Positions 49,356-59,020 of a stretch of 64,000 nucleotides of DNA are shown here, piece by piece. The stretch's first letter is position 1, and every line of letters begins with the position of its first letter. Both the position numbers and the translations under genes were made by a program. Under the pieces are notes generated by a model. The model worked only from the letters and a program-made list of their open reading frames with translations. It did no database searches and was not told the DNA's origin. The DNA is from an uncultured Thermoplasmata archaeon (lineage in GTDB: Archaea; Thermoplasmatota; Thermoplasmata; UBA10834). The DNA lies in the NCBI GenBank assembly GCA_963719945.1, contig CAVRDX010000001.1, forward strand, positions 544,001 through 608,000. The letters run 5' to 3'.

Positions 49356-50516
49356 ATGGGCATCACAGAAAAGAGAATAATCGAATGCGCCAAGAACATG
49401 GTCAAGACATGCAATGTGAAGAAAGGCGACGGAGTCGTGGTCAAAGGAGGGGCTCACACACAGATGCTTCTCGAGGAGATCGCGCTGGAATGCTACAGGA
49501 AAGGTGCAACCCCGACCATAGTCTGCAGCTCCGATAGATATGCGAAGAAGATCTACAAGGATATCCCTGCAAAGACCCTCGAGACGGTCCCTAAGCAATA
49601 TGTCGGCATGATTCAGGCAGCGGATATCTTGATATCGGTTGAGGAATTCGACGATCCCAAGATCGCGGAAACATTTCCCAGGGACAAGTTGACTGCCAGG
49701 CAGAAAGCGAACCTCCCCATATTTGACATAATATTCCATCCCACAGAAGGAAAGAGATGGCTATATGCTGGCTGGCCTACGGAAGCAGCCTCTAGGAGCT
49801 TCGGCATACCGTACAAGGAACTCGAGAACATCATTCTTGGGGGAATAGGCGTCCCCTGCCAGGAACTCATGAATATCGGCAAGAAGATGGCAAAGGGGTT
49901 CAAAGACGCCGAATGGGTCCACGTATGGGACAAGAAGGGAACTGACTTCAGGGTCAAGGTCGATGGAAGGCGACTGAACATCGACGACGGATTCACTAGC
50001 GATGAGGATTACAAAGTTGGTGACAGAGGGGCGAATCTTCCCGCAGGCGAGCTATTCATCGCCCCCCACGAGACTCAAGGAGAAGGCACCCTATTCAGCC
50101 CAATAACGAGGGACCGGATGACGGAGAAGCTAGTGACCAATGTCAGACTGGCGTTCAAGAACGGCAAGCTGCTCCTGAATAAGACCACTGCAGACAAGAA
50201 TCTCGATGCGCTCATCTCCAGTTTCGAGGAATGTCAAGCTGTGGACAAGAAGAAATACAAGCCGGTCAGAACGATGAATGTCGGCGAGTTGGGGATAGGA
50301 TACAACCCTAGGATAAAGAAAGCAGTGGGATACATATTGACGGATGAGAAGGTAGCAGGGACAGTCCATGTAGCCTTCGGCTCGAACAACTCCTACGGTG
50401 GGACTTCCGAATCAACCATGCATTGGGACTTCGTCAGTGCCCCTGGCATCAATATAGAGGTTCAGAGACTGGACGGCAAGGTCATCCAAGTAATGACGAA
50501 AGGCAGACTACTCTGA
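49356..50516 (+). CDS. Aminopeptidase, M29 (AmpS/T) family
   Basis: NLPAGE, GELGIG, DEK, HVAFG, HWD. Confidence 0.92.
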   Translation: MGITEKRIIECAKNMVKTCNVKKGDGVVVKGGAHTQMLLEEIALECYRKGATPTIVCSSDRYAKKIYKDIPAKTLETVPKQYVGMIQAADILISVEEFDDPKIAETFPRDKLTARQKANLPIFDIIFHPTEGKRWLYAGWPTEAASRSFGIPYKELENIILGGIGVPCQELMNIGKKMAKGFKDAEWVHVWDKKGTDFRVKVDGRRLNIDDGFTSDEDYKVGDRGANLPAGELFIAPHETQGEGTLFSPITRDRMTEKLVTNVRLAFKNGKLLLNKTTADKNLDALISSFEECQAVDKKKYKPVRTMNVGELGIGYNPRIKKAVGYILTDEKVAGTVHVAFGSNNSYGGTSESTMHWDFVSAPGINIEVQRLDGKVIQVMTKGRLL

Positions 50517-51107
50517 GAAGGGGGACTCGGGCACGAGCCTTCTGCCCGCAGCCTCTGCAGACACGAGAGCCGTCTGCTTTCTTGGCCCCATCGCGGGGTC
50601 ATCCGTATGACCCAGGAGCACCTCGCCAACATATTGATAGTCGATGGCAGCAAAGAATGCTTTGACAACGTGCAGTGCTGGTTCGAAGATGTTGGGTTTC
50701 GGAGATCCAGCGCACGATACGAATAAACCCTTGGGGCGGATCTTTCCCTCGTATGCACGCCGCTCAAGAACATAGCGTTCTACCCAATAACTCTGGCATC
50801 TGTCCACCATCGCCTTCGTCTGAGCGGAGACACCCATGAAGAAGATGGGTGATGCGAGAACAATCCCGTCAACGTTCCGTATCCTTGAATATATCTGACC
50901 CATGTCATCATCGTCGGCAAACGCACACGTGGCGCCAGCATCGCACGCCCTGCATTCCTTGCAGGGGTTTAGATTCATATCAGCTAGATCCAAACGCTCG
51001 GTCGTGGCCCCTGAGCTGCGGGCGCCGGAAAGAGCTGCCTCTAGCAAGTCTGCTGTGTTGCCGTCCTTGCGCGGACTTCCGAGTATTCCCAGAATTTTCG
51101 AAGACAT
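50508..51107 (-). CDS. Iron-sulfur flavoprotein (flavodoxin family)
   Basis: GSPRKDGNT, CKECRAC..C, DDM, ASPIFF. Confidence 0.92.
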   Translation of the reverse strand: MSSKILGILGSPRKDGNTADLLEAALSGARSSGATTERLDLADMNLNPCKECRACDAGATCAFADDDDMGQIYSRIRNVDGIVLASPIFFMGVSAQTKAMVDRCQSYWVERYVLERRAYEGKIRPKGLFVSCAGSPKPNIFEPALHVVKAFFAAIDYQYVGEVLLGHTDDPAMGPRKQTALVSAEAAGRRLVPESPFSE

Positions 51108-51231
51108 ATTCTCAAATCCGTTATTGGGTATGGTCAAAAGAAGTCCTGACCATTATTTGTAGCTAATGGATTGTGGAGACGCATAAAGGTTTAACATAAT
51201 GACCTGTGCTCTCTGAACGGGGATTGATACG

Positions 51232-52005
51232 GTGAGTCAAGCGAGATTCAACGACAGGGCGGTGATTATAACAGGCGGAGCCTCGGGCATAGGCAAGGCT
51301 ACCGCGGAGGGGTTTCTCGAAGAGGGTGCCAGAGTCGCAATATTCGATGTTTCAAAAGATGGATGCCGCTCCGTGGCAGATGAATTCAAGAAGAAGGGGC
51401 ACCAGATATTCACTGCGACGGGAGACGTTAGTAGCCAAGCCGATGTCAAGAGAATGGTGAAGGCTGCGACCAAACACCTTGGGGCAATCGACGTGTTGTT
51501 CAACAATGCGGGTATCCTGGTTGAAGGAACAGTAGATCAGGTATCGGAGGCGGATTGGGACAGGATAATGGCAATCAATGTCAAGGGAGTATTCCTGATG
51601 TGCAAAGAGGTGATCCCTCTGATGCTATCAAACGGTCGCGGAACCATTGTGAACAACGCATCCTGTAGCGGTCTTGTTGGGGACAGAGGAGCGATAGCGT
51701 ACAACACATCAAAAGGCGCCGTCGTCCTGATGACCAAATGCCTCGCACTGGACTACGCGGATCAAAGCATTCGGGTCAATTGCGTATGCCCAGGTGAGAT
51801 AGAGACACCGATGTTCAAACAGGAAGCGAGATCGAGAAGGATGTCTCTCGAGAAGTATCGGTCACAACTGGCTGCTTGCCATCCTATTGGCAGGCTTGGC
51901 AAACCAAAGGAGGTGGCCGATGCAGTCCTGTTCCTCGCATCGTCCGATGCGAGTTTTATAACAGGTGCCGCATTCTCAGTCGACGGTGGGTATACCTGCC
52001 AATGA
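51232..52005 (+). CDS. Short-chain dehydrogenase/reductase
   Basis: TGGASGIG, NNAG, YNTSK, VDGG. Confidence 0.94.
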   Translation: MSQARFNDRAVIITGGASGIGKATAEGFLEEGARVAIFDVSKDGCRSVADEFKKKGHQIFTATGDVSSQADVKRMVKAATKHLGAIDVLFNNAGILVEGTVDQVSEADWDRIMAINVKGVFLMCKEVIPLMLSNGRGTIVNNASCSGLVGDRGAIAYNTSKGAVVLMTKCLALDYADQSIRVNCVCPGEIETPMFKQEARSRRMSLEKYRSQLAACHPIGRLGKPKEVADAVLFLASSDASFITGAAFSVDGGYTCQ

Positions 52006-52013
52006 GAAGCTCA

Positions 52014-52391
52014 TCACAATCGAATCAGGCGCACCCTAGCTCCAGGGCGGACGGTTCCGAGTATCGTCGGATCACTTACCGCCTTTCCGACAATATTGCA
52101 TTTTGAATACGCTCTTGGCCTATCATCTATGCTCGCAGGAGTCTTGCCAAAGAATAGAGCAAGTGCATCACCATCCGGCCAGTATGCAACCTCACCCACA
52201 TCCATATCGGCACGCGCATCGCCTTCCAGGTCTGTATGGAATGGCGCCCCAAAATATACCTCGTCTCCCCATCTGCTAGCCTTCCCTTCGAAAGGCAGAG
52301 CGGATATTAGTGCATCCGTCGTTGGAGTCGCATCTTCCCGCAGCTTTATCTTAAGCGAGAGGTCACCATCAATATCGCATAGAATTTCCAT
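52014..52391 (-). CDS. Cyclophilin-like fold protein (DUF369 type)
   Basis: ALPF..RWGDEVYF, GEVAYWPDG..LFFGKTP. Confidence 0.88.
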   Translation of the reverse strand: MEILCDIDGDLSLKIKLREDATPTTDALISALPFEGKASRWGDEVYFGAPFHTDLEGDARADMDVGEVAYWPDGDALALFFGKTPASIDDRPRAYSKCNIVGKAVSDPTILGTVRPGARVRLIRL

Positions 52392-52582
52392 CTTCCGTCC
52401 CCTGATAGGGGACGACGACCAGCATATTACATCTTTCGTTCTCAGCACATACACCTGCTCTAGCGCATATGCTGCCCATCTTCGGTACTATCTTTATCAA
52501 GCAAGATAGCCATCGACAAACAGTCAAGGGCAGGGTGGTTCGCCCAAGTAAGGGTATCCGGCCCTGAGATAGGAGGAATTAG

Positions 52583-53011
52583 ATGGCATCAGAAAAATTG
52601 AAGGAATTGTTGAATAAAGCTATTGCGAGAGAGATCCAGGTCTCCATCCAGTATATGTGGCAACATGTGCAATGGATGGGGGTCGATCACTTCGCAGTGA
52701 CAGACAACATCAAGCAAGTTGCGATTGCGGAGATGAAGCATGCGGAAAAAATTGCCGAGAGGTTGTGGTACCTCGGAGGTGTCCCTACGACGAAGCCCTC
52801 ACCGATAAGTGTCGGCGATGAGCTCTGGCAGATGATTGATTTCGACATAAAGGCCGAAGAAGAGGCGATTTCGCTTTACAAGGAGATTCAGAAGGTCGCC
52901 GAGGCGGAAGGAGACCCAACGACTCGATTCATCTTCGAGAGCATACTCGAAGATGAGGAGAACCATCACGACTTCTTCACATCGCTGAAGGAGAAGCCAA
53001 CGAAGAAGTGA
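52583..53011 (+). CDS. Ferritin-like (bacterioferritin-family) protein
   Basis: E..QY..H, EMKHAE, EEEAI..Y, DEENH; AGGAGG RBS. Confidence 0.92.
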   Translation: MASEKLKELLNKAIAREIQVSIQYMWQHVQWMGVDHFAVTDNIKQVAIAEMKHAEKIAERLWYLGGVPTTKPSPISVGDELWQMIDFDIKAEEEAISLYKEIQKVAEAEGDPTTRFIFESILEDEENHHDFFTSLKEKPTKK

Positions 53012-53031
53012 TTAAAAAGAAACGAAAGGAC

Positions 53032-53053
53032 CGAAGAGGCTCAAGCCTCTTCG
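53032..53053. terminator. Hairpin between convergent ferritin-like gene and sdhB
   Basis: CGAAGAGGC-TCAA-GCCTCTTCG perfect 9-bp stem with T-rich runs downstream on both strands. Confidence 0.7.
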
Positions 53054-53075
53054 TTATTTCTTGGGTTTGAATTGC

Positions 53076-53813
53076 CTACTTCTTCAGCGCTCGCTTTCCG
53101 AACAACTTTCGCTTTACGGCCTTGATTTTCATCCTCTGTATGGCCTCTGTCGGGTTGAGCTTCTTCGGACATACCTCCACACAGTTGAACTGAGTGTGGC
53201 ATCTCCATACTCCGCTCTCGCTCTCGACGATGTCCATGCGCTGTTCGGGTATCGAATCACGCGTATCGACCAGGAACCTATACGACTTCAGCAACGCTGC
53301 AGGGCCCAGGTAATCGCTGTTTGTCCAGGCCATTGTACAAGAGCTCGTACAGGACCCGCACAAAATGCAGTCGATCGGCTCGTTTATAGGCGTCCGCTCC
53401 TTCGGCAACTGGATGAACTCCTTCTCAGGGTAGGGCTCCTTGCCCACCATGTAAGGTTTCACCTTCTTGATCCTGTCGAAGAAGTGCGTGTAGTCGACCG
53501 CTAGGTCCTTGACGACCTTCTGGTGCGGCAGAGGGCTGATCATAAGGTCACCCTTGCCCAGGAACTGGCTCATCTGGGTCTCACAGGCCAATCGTGTCTT
53601 CCCGCCTATGACCATGGCGCATGAACCACATACGCCTGCCCTGCAACAGAATCTGAAGCCCAATGTCCCGTCCTGATGGTTCAGGACCTCGAACAATGCA
53701 TCAAGTACCGTCATCCCTGGCTTGAGCTTCACATTGAAGGTCTGCCAGTAGGGCAGTTTGTCGGCCGCTGGGTCGAATCTCTGTACCTTTATCGAAATCT
53801 CTCCATCGGTCAT
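53076..53813 (-). CDS. sdhB: Succinate dehydrogenase/fumarate reductase Fe-S subunit
   Basis: CRAGVCGSC, CILCGSCTSSC, CHTQFNCVEVCP. Confidence 0.96.
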   Translation of the reverse strand: MTDGEISIKVQRFDPAADKLPYWQTFNVKLKPGMTVLDALFEVLNHQDGTLGFRFCCRAGVCGSCAMVIGGKTRLACETQMSQFLGKGDLMISPLPHQKVVKDLAVDYTHFFDRIKKVKPYMVGKEPYPEKEFIQLPKERTPINEPIDCILCGSCTSSCTMAWTNSDYLGPAALLKSYRFLVDTRDSIPEQRMDIVESESGVWRCHTQFNCVEVCPKKLNPTEAIQRMKIKAVKRKLFGKRALKK

Positions 53814-53814
53814 C

Positions 53815-55515
53815 TCAGTACCTCCTTGCCTCAGGCTTGTACTTGGTTATCTTGACCGGCGAGTAGCTGATCTCGATCCCCTTCGAGGTATATGTGGCAA
53901 TCGTGTGCCTCAGGAACTTCGCATCGTCCCTCTCCTTGAAGTCGAGCCTGGAGTGTGCACCCCTGCTCTCTTCCCTATTGAGAGCGCCAATGATAATGGC
54001 CTCTGCGACATCGAGCATCCCTTCCAGTTCGAATGCCCGGAAGAGATCCACGTTGTAGCTCTTGCCCTTGTTCTGCACGGTTATCCTCTGGTAGCGCTCC
54101 TTCAGCTCACGAATCTTCTTAAGCGCCTCCTCCATCGGAGCCTTGTCCCGATATATTCCGACCTGCTTAATCATCGTCTCCTTCATCTCTACCCTTATGT
54201 CAGCATGATTCTCGGGACCCGACCTTGCGAGGAGCGAATCTATCTTCGCTTTCGCCTCGCGGAGGCATTTGTTCATCGCGCCTTCGCCTTCCTTGAGCTT
54301 CGCCTTCGCGAGCACGTGCTCAACGGCCGCACGTCCAGACATCTTGCCGAAGACGACCGTATCCAGAAGCGAGTTTCCGCCGAGCCTGTTCGCGCCGTGG
54401 ACGCTCACGCAGCCGCATTCGCCGGCCGCGTATAGGCCTTTGAACTTTGTGGCCCCATGGACATCGGTGTCTATGCCGCCCATGGAATAGTGCTGCCCAG
54501 GCTGGATCGGAATCGGCTTCTCTATTGGATCCACATCCACGAAGTTTATGGCTAGGTCGCGGATGCCAGGAAGTCTCTCCAGAATCTTCTCTCTGCCGAG
54601 ATGCCGCAAATCGAGATGGACAAAGTCCTTGCCATCTATGCCTCTGCCCTCGTTGATCTCCGTCTGGATGGATCTGGACACGATATCTCGTGGAGCCAGC
54701 TCCATGGCCTTGGAAGCGTATTTGGACATGAACCGCTCTCCAAGGGAGTTCACCAGGTATCCGCCCTCCCCTCTCGCGCCCTCGGTCATCAGTATGTTGG
54801 TTCCGAAGAGCGATGTCGGGTGGAACTGAACGAATTCCATGTCCTTCAGGGGCACCCCGCGTCTGAAGCAGGTAGACTGCGCAGAACCGGTGGAGATCAA
54901 CGCATTGGTCGACCTGCCATATATCTGGCCGCTTCCGCCGCTTGCGATTATCACAGCCTCGGCCATGAACGGCTCGAGTTCCCCGGTCCTGAGGTTAAGG
55001 CATATGACTCCTCGGCAAGTGTCTCCATCCAGCACGAGGTCAACCATGACCCTATCCTCATAGAGCGGTATGTTCATCTTCACAGACACTTCCCAGAGCG
55101 TGTGCAGCATGAACATTCCAGTCTTATCGGCTGCGAAGCAGGTTCTAGGATATCCAGCCCCTCCGAAAGGCCTCTGAGCGATCTTTCCCTCATCGGTCCT
55201 CGAGAACGGGCAGCCCCAGTGCTCAATCTCGTATATGCAGGGGCCAGCCTCCTTTGTCATATATTCGACAGAGTCCTGGTCCGCGAGGTAATCGCTTCCC
55301 TTGATAGTGTCGAATGCGTGCTTCTCCCATGTGTCGTCCTTGGCTTCAGGGTTGTTCGCTAGAGGTGCGTTGACACCACCTTGCGCAGCCCCGGAGTGAG
55401 ATCTCACAGGGTGAACTTGCGATATGATCGCAGTATCCGCCTTGGGACCACACTCTATGGCTGCCCTGAGACCTGCCAAGCCGCCACCAATCACCAGTAT
55501 CTTGTGGTAGTGCAT
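53815..55515 (-). CDS. sdhA: Succinate dehydrogenase/fumarate reductase flavoprotein
   Basis: RSHSGAAQGG, QFHPT, EGARGEGG, HYSMGG, HGANRLGGNSL. Confidence 0.97.
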   Translation of the reverse strand: MHYHKILVIGGGLAGLRAAIECGPKADTAIISQVHPVRSHSGAAQGGVNAPLANNPEAKDDTWEKHAFDTIKGSDYLADQDSVEYMTKEAGPCIYEIEHWGCPFSRTDEGKIAQRPFGGAGYPRTCFAADKTGMFMLHTLWEVSVKMNIPLYEDRVMVDLVLDGDTCRGVICLNLRTGELEPFMAEAVIIASGGSGQIYGRSTNALISTGSAQSTCFRRGVPLKDMEFVQFHPTSLFGTNILMTEGARGEGGYLVNSLGERFMSKYASKAMELAPRDIVSRSIQTEINEGRGIDGKDFVHLDLRHLGREKILERLPGIRDLAINFVDVDPIEKPIPIQPGQHYSMGGIDTDVHGATKFKGLYAAGECGCVSVHGANRLGGNSLLDTVVFGKMSGRAAVEHVLAKAKLKEGEGAMNKCLREAKAKIDSLLARSGPENHADIRVEMKETMIKQVGIYRDKAPMEEALKKIRELKERYQRITVQNKGKSYNVDLFRAFELEGMLDVAEAIIIGALNREESRGAHSRLDFKERDDAKFLRHTIATYTSKGIEISYSPVKITKYKPEARRY

Positions 55516-55528
55516 CTTGGAAACCTCC

Positions 55529-55924
55529 TTATCCAGTTATGAAGGGCCACAGGATGACGATTCCCCAGATCATAGTCGCTATACCCAAGACCCAGAGACC
55601 TACATCGACCAGTTTCCTTCTTCTGACGAACATGTCGAAATCAAGCATGACCGTCCTGAGACCATTCAGACCGTGGAGCAGCACCATCGACAGCATACCG
55701 TAGTCGACTACTATGTACAGCACCTGGTCCAGTCTGAGACTCACTTCCTCATATGAGAGCAGTGGCTCTTCCCCGGTCTCCTCACTGACGCCCATGAAAT
55801 GGGCGGCATACAAGTGTATTCCGAGGAATACTACCAGCAATATCGCAGACAGTCTCTGCAGGAACCATGCCCAAGTACCCGCCACCTTCGATGTCGCAAC
55901 TTTCTGTTCAGACATTTCAGGCAC
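55529..55924 (-). CDS. sdhD: SDH membrane anchor subunit
   Basis: WFLQRLSA, HGLNGLR, 3 TM. Confidence 0.9.
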   Translation of the reverse strand: MPEMSEQKVATSKVAGTWAWFLQRLSAILLVVFLGIHLYAAHFMGVSEETGEEPLLSYEEVSLRLDQVLYIVVDYGMLSMVLLHGLNGLRTVMLDFDMFVRRRKLVDVGLWVLGIATMIWGIVILWPFITG

Positions 55925-56333
55925 CTCCGCCAGGGAATATCAAGTGCCAAATAGCCAGCAAACCACCGACAACGAGCACTGCGGAGACAGCCATGGCCAC
56001 CCAGAAGACCAACTTCTGGCGCCTGATGCCCACTCCCAAGTCGAAGAGTACGACCCGGAATCCATTCATAGCGTGGTATATGACCACAATGACGAGCAGG
56101 AAGTCCATAGCGACGAACAACGGTTGAGAGGTGGTCGCCATAAGTGAATCGAAGCTCGACCCGTCCTCTCCCATAGATGCTGTGGATATGAACGACAGGT
56201 GCAAGAACACATATGCCACGAGAGCCAATCCCGTCAGTCTGTGTCCGACCCATGCCCACATCCCAGTCTTCATGTTCGTCGGCCAGAACTCAGAGTTCCT
56301 GCCGAACAACCATTTGAAGCTGCTTACTTTCAT
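55917..56333 (-). CDS. sdhC: SDH cytochrome b556 subunit
   Basis: WAWVGHRLTG, FLH, HAMNGFR, 3 TM. Confidence 0.92.
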   Translation of the reverse strand: MKVSSFKWLFGRNSEFWPTNMKTGMWAWVGHRLTGLALVAYVFLHLSFISTASMGEDGSSFDSLMATTSQPLFVAMDFLLVIVVIYHAMNGFRVVLFDLGVGIRRQKLVFWVAMAVSAVLVVGGLLAIWHLIFPGGGA

Positions 56334-56374
56334 TCAAACACCTTGCCCAAACTCCATATTCGATCTTGCTTTGC

Positions 56375-56424
56375 GGGACTGGCAGGCTTGGAACCTGCGA
56401 GCAGACTTTCATCTGCTGAGTCCC
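56375..56424 (-). promoter_or_regulatory. Three-way-junction RNA structure in the sdhCDAB 5' leader
   Basis: P1 GGGACT/AGTCCC; P2 AGCAGAT-GAAA-GTCTGCT; P3 GCAGGT..GCCTGC; TATA-like TTAAGTAT about 25-30 nt upstream. Confidence 0.55.
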
Positions 56425-56681
56425 CGGTTCGCCTAGACCAGCAAGAATATACTTAAGAGTATCTAATCGAACAAAATATGAGCGACTTTCATACGCCACG
56501 CTTCAATTTCCTCTGCAATATCGTCAAATAGATTACGAATTTCGTCTATTCTTGTCGAGGATTGTTCAGATAGAGCAGATGATGTTGAGCGCATGCAGAA
56601 TCCGGAACCGATGGCGCTGTATTGACCCGAACAAACGAACAATGTCAAGTATATGCATGGAGATACTGGTACATGGCAGAG

Positions 56682-56840
56682 ATGGCCAAGTATCAATGCA
56701 GCGTTTGTGGATACATATACGACCCTGAACAGGGTGACCCAACCCAATCAATCGCGCCAGGAACTCCATTCGAAGATCTGCCCGAAGATTGGACATGCCC
56801 GGAGTGCGGTGTCACAAAGGATGAGTTCGTGCAACTGTGA
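56682..56840 (+). CDS. Rubredoxin
   Basis: [28 protein letters not shown]. Confidence 0.96.
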   Translation: MAKYQCSVCGYIYDPEQGDPTQSIAPGTPFEDLPEDWTCPECGVTKDEFVQL

Positions 56841-56887
56841 GAGCATTTGACCCCAGTTACAATCCACTAAGAACCAGAGGTTGAGAG

Positions 56888-57931
56888 ATGATTCTACGCT
56901 TGGCGATAATCGGATTCGGAAACGTCGGTCAGGAATTCGCGAGGATGCTCCTTGACAAGAGGGACTGGCTCCTCAAGACTAAGGGGTTAGATGTGGAAAT
57001 CGTTGCGATATCCACGCGCAGCAGGGGATCCCTGATATCAGACAGAGGATTGGACCTTGAGCGAATCCTCGATCTGCTCGCCAAAGGGAAATCACTCGAT
57101 GAGTATGGTGAAGAGGCTACAGAATGCACGGCAAGGCAGATCATCGATCGCACAATCGCCGACATGATGGTCGAGCTGACGGCCCTTAATGTCGAGGACG
57201 GGCAACCTGCGACGGATCACATCGCCCATGCTCTGTCAGAGGGCATGGATGTCGTAACAGCGAACAAAGGACCGATAGCATTCGCATATAGGGACCTCAG
57301 AACCCTAGCAAGGTCAAGGGGAGCGAGATTCAGATTTGAGGGCACCGTCATGGATGGGACTCCGATATTCAGCCTCATGGAGAAGACTCTGCCCGGATGC
57401 GAAGTAATGGAGATGCGAGGCATACTGAACAGCACCTCGAATTACGTCCTCACTGCGATGGCTAATGGACGGAGTATGAAAGATGCAGTTATGGAAGCTC
57501 AGGCCAAAGGGATCGCCGAAGCTGATCCTAAGCTCGATCTGGAAGGGTGGGATGCTGCTGCAAAGATAACCGCACTCGCCAATGTGCTCATGGATGCACG
57601 CATGACCCCTCGAGATGTCGACCGGATGGGCATAAATGACATCGCATCGGAAATCATGAATGAGGCAGCCAAACAGGGCAATCGGGTTAGACTCGTTGCG
57701 AGCGCTTCGAGGAATGGCGATAGAGTCGAGCTGCGAGTGAGACCTGAGTCGGTTTCGTCGGATAGCCCGTTTTGGTCCGTGAACGGGACTTCGAGTGCGA
57801 TCACGATAAGAACTGACCTAATGGGAGAATTGACCATCCTCGAGACGAATCCCGAACTGACTCAGACGGCCTATGCCGTGTTCTCGGACATGATTCATGT
57901 CGTCGAATCTATAAGATCCGGAACCCTATGA
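56888..57931 (+). CDS. hom: Homoserine dehydrogenase
   Basis: GFGNVG, VTANKGP, EGTV, GILNSTSN, AEADP..D..GWDAAAK. Confidence 0.94.
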   Translation: MILRLAIIGFGNVGQEFARMLLDKRDWLLKTKGLDVEIVAISTRSRGSLISDRGLDLERILDLLAKGKSLDEYGEEATECTARQIIDRTIADMMVELTALNVEDGQPATDHIAHALSEGMDVVTANKGPIAFAYRDLRTLARSRGARFRFEGTVMDGTPIFSLMEKTLPGCEVMEMRGILNSTSNYVLTAMANGRSMKDAVMEAQAKGIAEADPKLDLEGWDAAAKITALANVLMDARMTPRDVDRMGINDIASEIMNEAAKQGNRVRLVASASRNGDRVELRVRPESVSSDSPFWSVNGTSSAITIRTDLMGELTILETNPELTQTAYAVFSDMIHVVESIRSGTL

Positions 57932-57938
57932 TCATCCT

Positions 57939-58469
57939 CTACTCGACCTCGAGACTGAATTCCTGGCCATCATAGTAGAATCCGGACCCGGAACGGCTAT
58001 CAAACTCCGCTTTGAGAATCAGAAGATGACCGGCTTCCTCGCCCACAAGCCAGTCGAATATCTCACGCGCCTTCGGATCGTCAACCTTCGATCCAGCATC
58101 GCGATAGTAGTCGATCGATCTCTTCTCAACATCAATGCCAAGGTTGATGACCTCTAATTCACCAACATTTGGGTCCAGCCCCTTGAAAGGTATCCCCTTA
58201 TCTCCGAAGACGGAGATGCGCGGGTATCCTTCCGGAGCGGATTTCGCGGCCTCAAGGGTCGACCATTCCAGACCGTTCTCGATCCTGTGCAATTCATGTC
58301 CGATGACCTGCACATGGCGCATCTCCTGTTTGACCAGACTAAGGAACATCTCCTTCGCACGAGGATGCTTCATCCTTTCGGATGCATTCTCGAAAAGCCT
58401 CTGCCCTTCAAGCTCCATTTCGATTGCTGTTCGCAGGATATTCGCTGCCATCGATTGACCCTCAACCAT
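57939..58469 (-). CDS. Rubrerythrin-like diiron (ferritin-fold) protein
   Basis: AIEME, EMRH, EKRSIDYY, EEAGH. Confidence 0.85.
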   Translation of the reverse strand: MVEGQSMAANILRTAIEMELEGQRLFENASERMKHPRAKEMFLSLVKQEMRHVQVIGHELHRIENGLEWSTLEAAKSAPEGYPRISVFGDKGIPFKGLDPNVGELEVINLGIDVEKRSIDYYRDAGSKVDDPKAREIFDWLVGEEAGHLLILKAEFDSRSGSGFYYDGQEFSLEVE

Positions 58470-58589
58470 GCTCCAGCCACCGATACCAGATTCCCATCGG
58501 AAGCCCATATTACTTTCCACGAACTTCGGAATATCAAAAAGTTGATGAATGGAAAGATTAGAGTAGTGGATTCCTACTCTGCCCCTTTC

Positions 58590-59015
58590 ATGACAGACGC
58601 CCCATGGATCAGCACCTTTGTTGCCCTTGCGTTGATTCCAGTGGCAATACTGTTCACGCATGCATATATCTCAGGTCGCAAGAACCTGCCATATCATAGA
58701 TGGACAGGAATGATTGGAATATTGTGGGATCTGACACTCTCAATATTCTACATGGCTTACAGGAGTTTTGGTGGAGAGATCGAAGGCAGCAAGCTGGATA
58801 TCGAGGGGCTGATGATCGCTTACTTCGCGATTCATGGCATCATAGCGATCATCGTCATAGGACTCGAGATTGCAATGCTCATCACAGGAGTCTACTCGCG
58901 GAGAAAGGTCAAGTTCAATGCATTGCACACGAAGCTCTCACCATATCTCTACATCGTATGGTTCATGGCGTTCCTTTCAGGGGAAGCGGTGTATGTCGCA
59001 TACTATGTACTATGA
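58590..59015 (+). CDS. 4-TM membrane protein (DUF420-like)
   Basis: Four hydrophobic helices with His residues (HRW, IHG, LHT). Confidence 0.7.
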   Translation: MTDAPWISTFVALALIPVAILFTHAYISGRKNLPYHRWTGMIGILWDLTLSIFYMAYRSFGGEIEGSKLDIEGLMIAYFAIHGIIAIIVIGLEIAMLITGVYSRRKVKFNALHTKLSPYLYIVWFMAFLSGEAVYVAYYVL

Positions 59016-59020
59016 CTACC

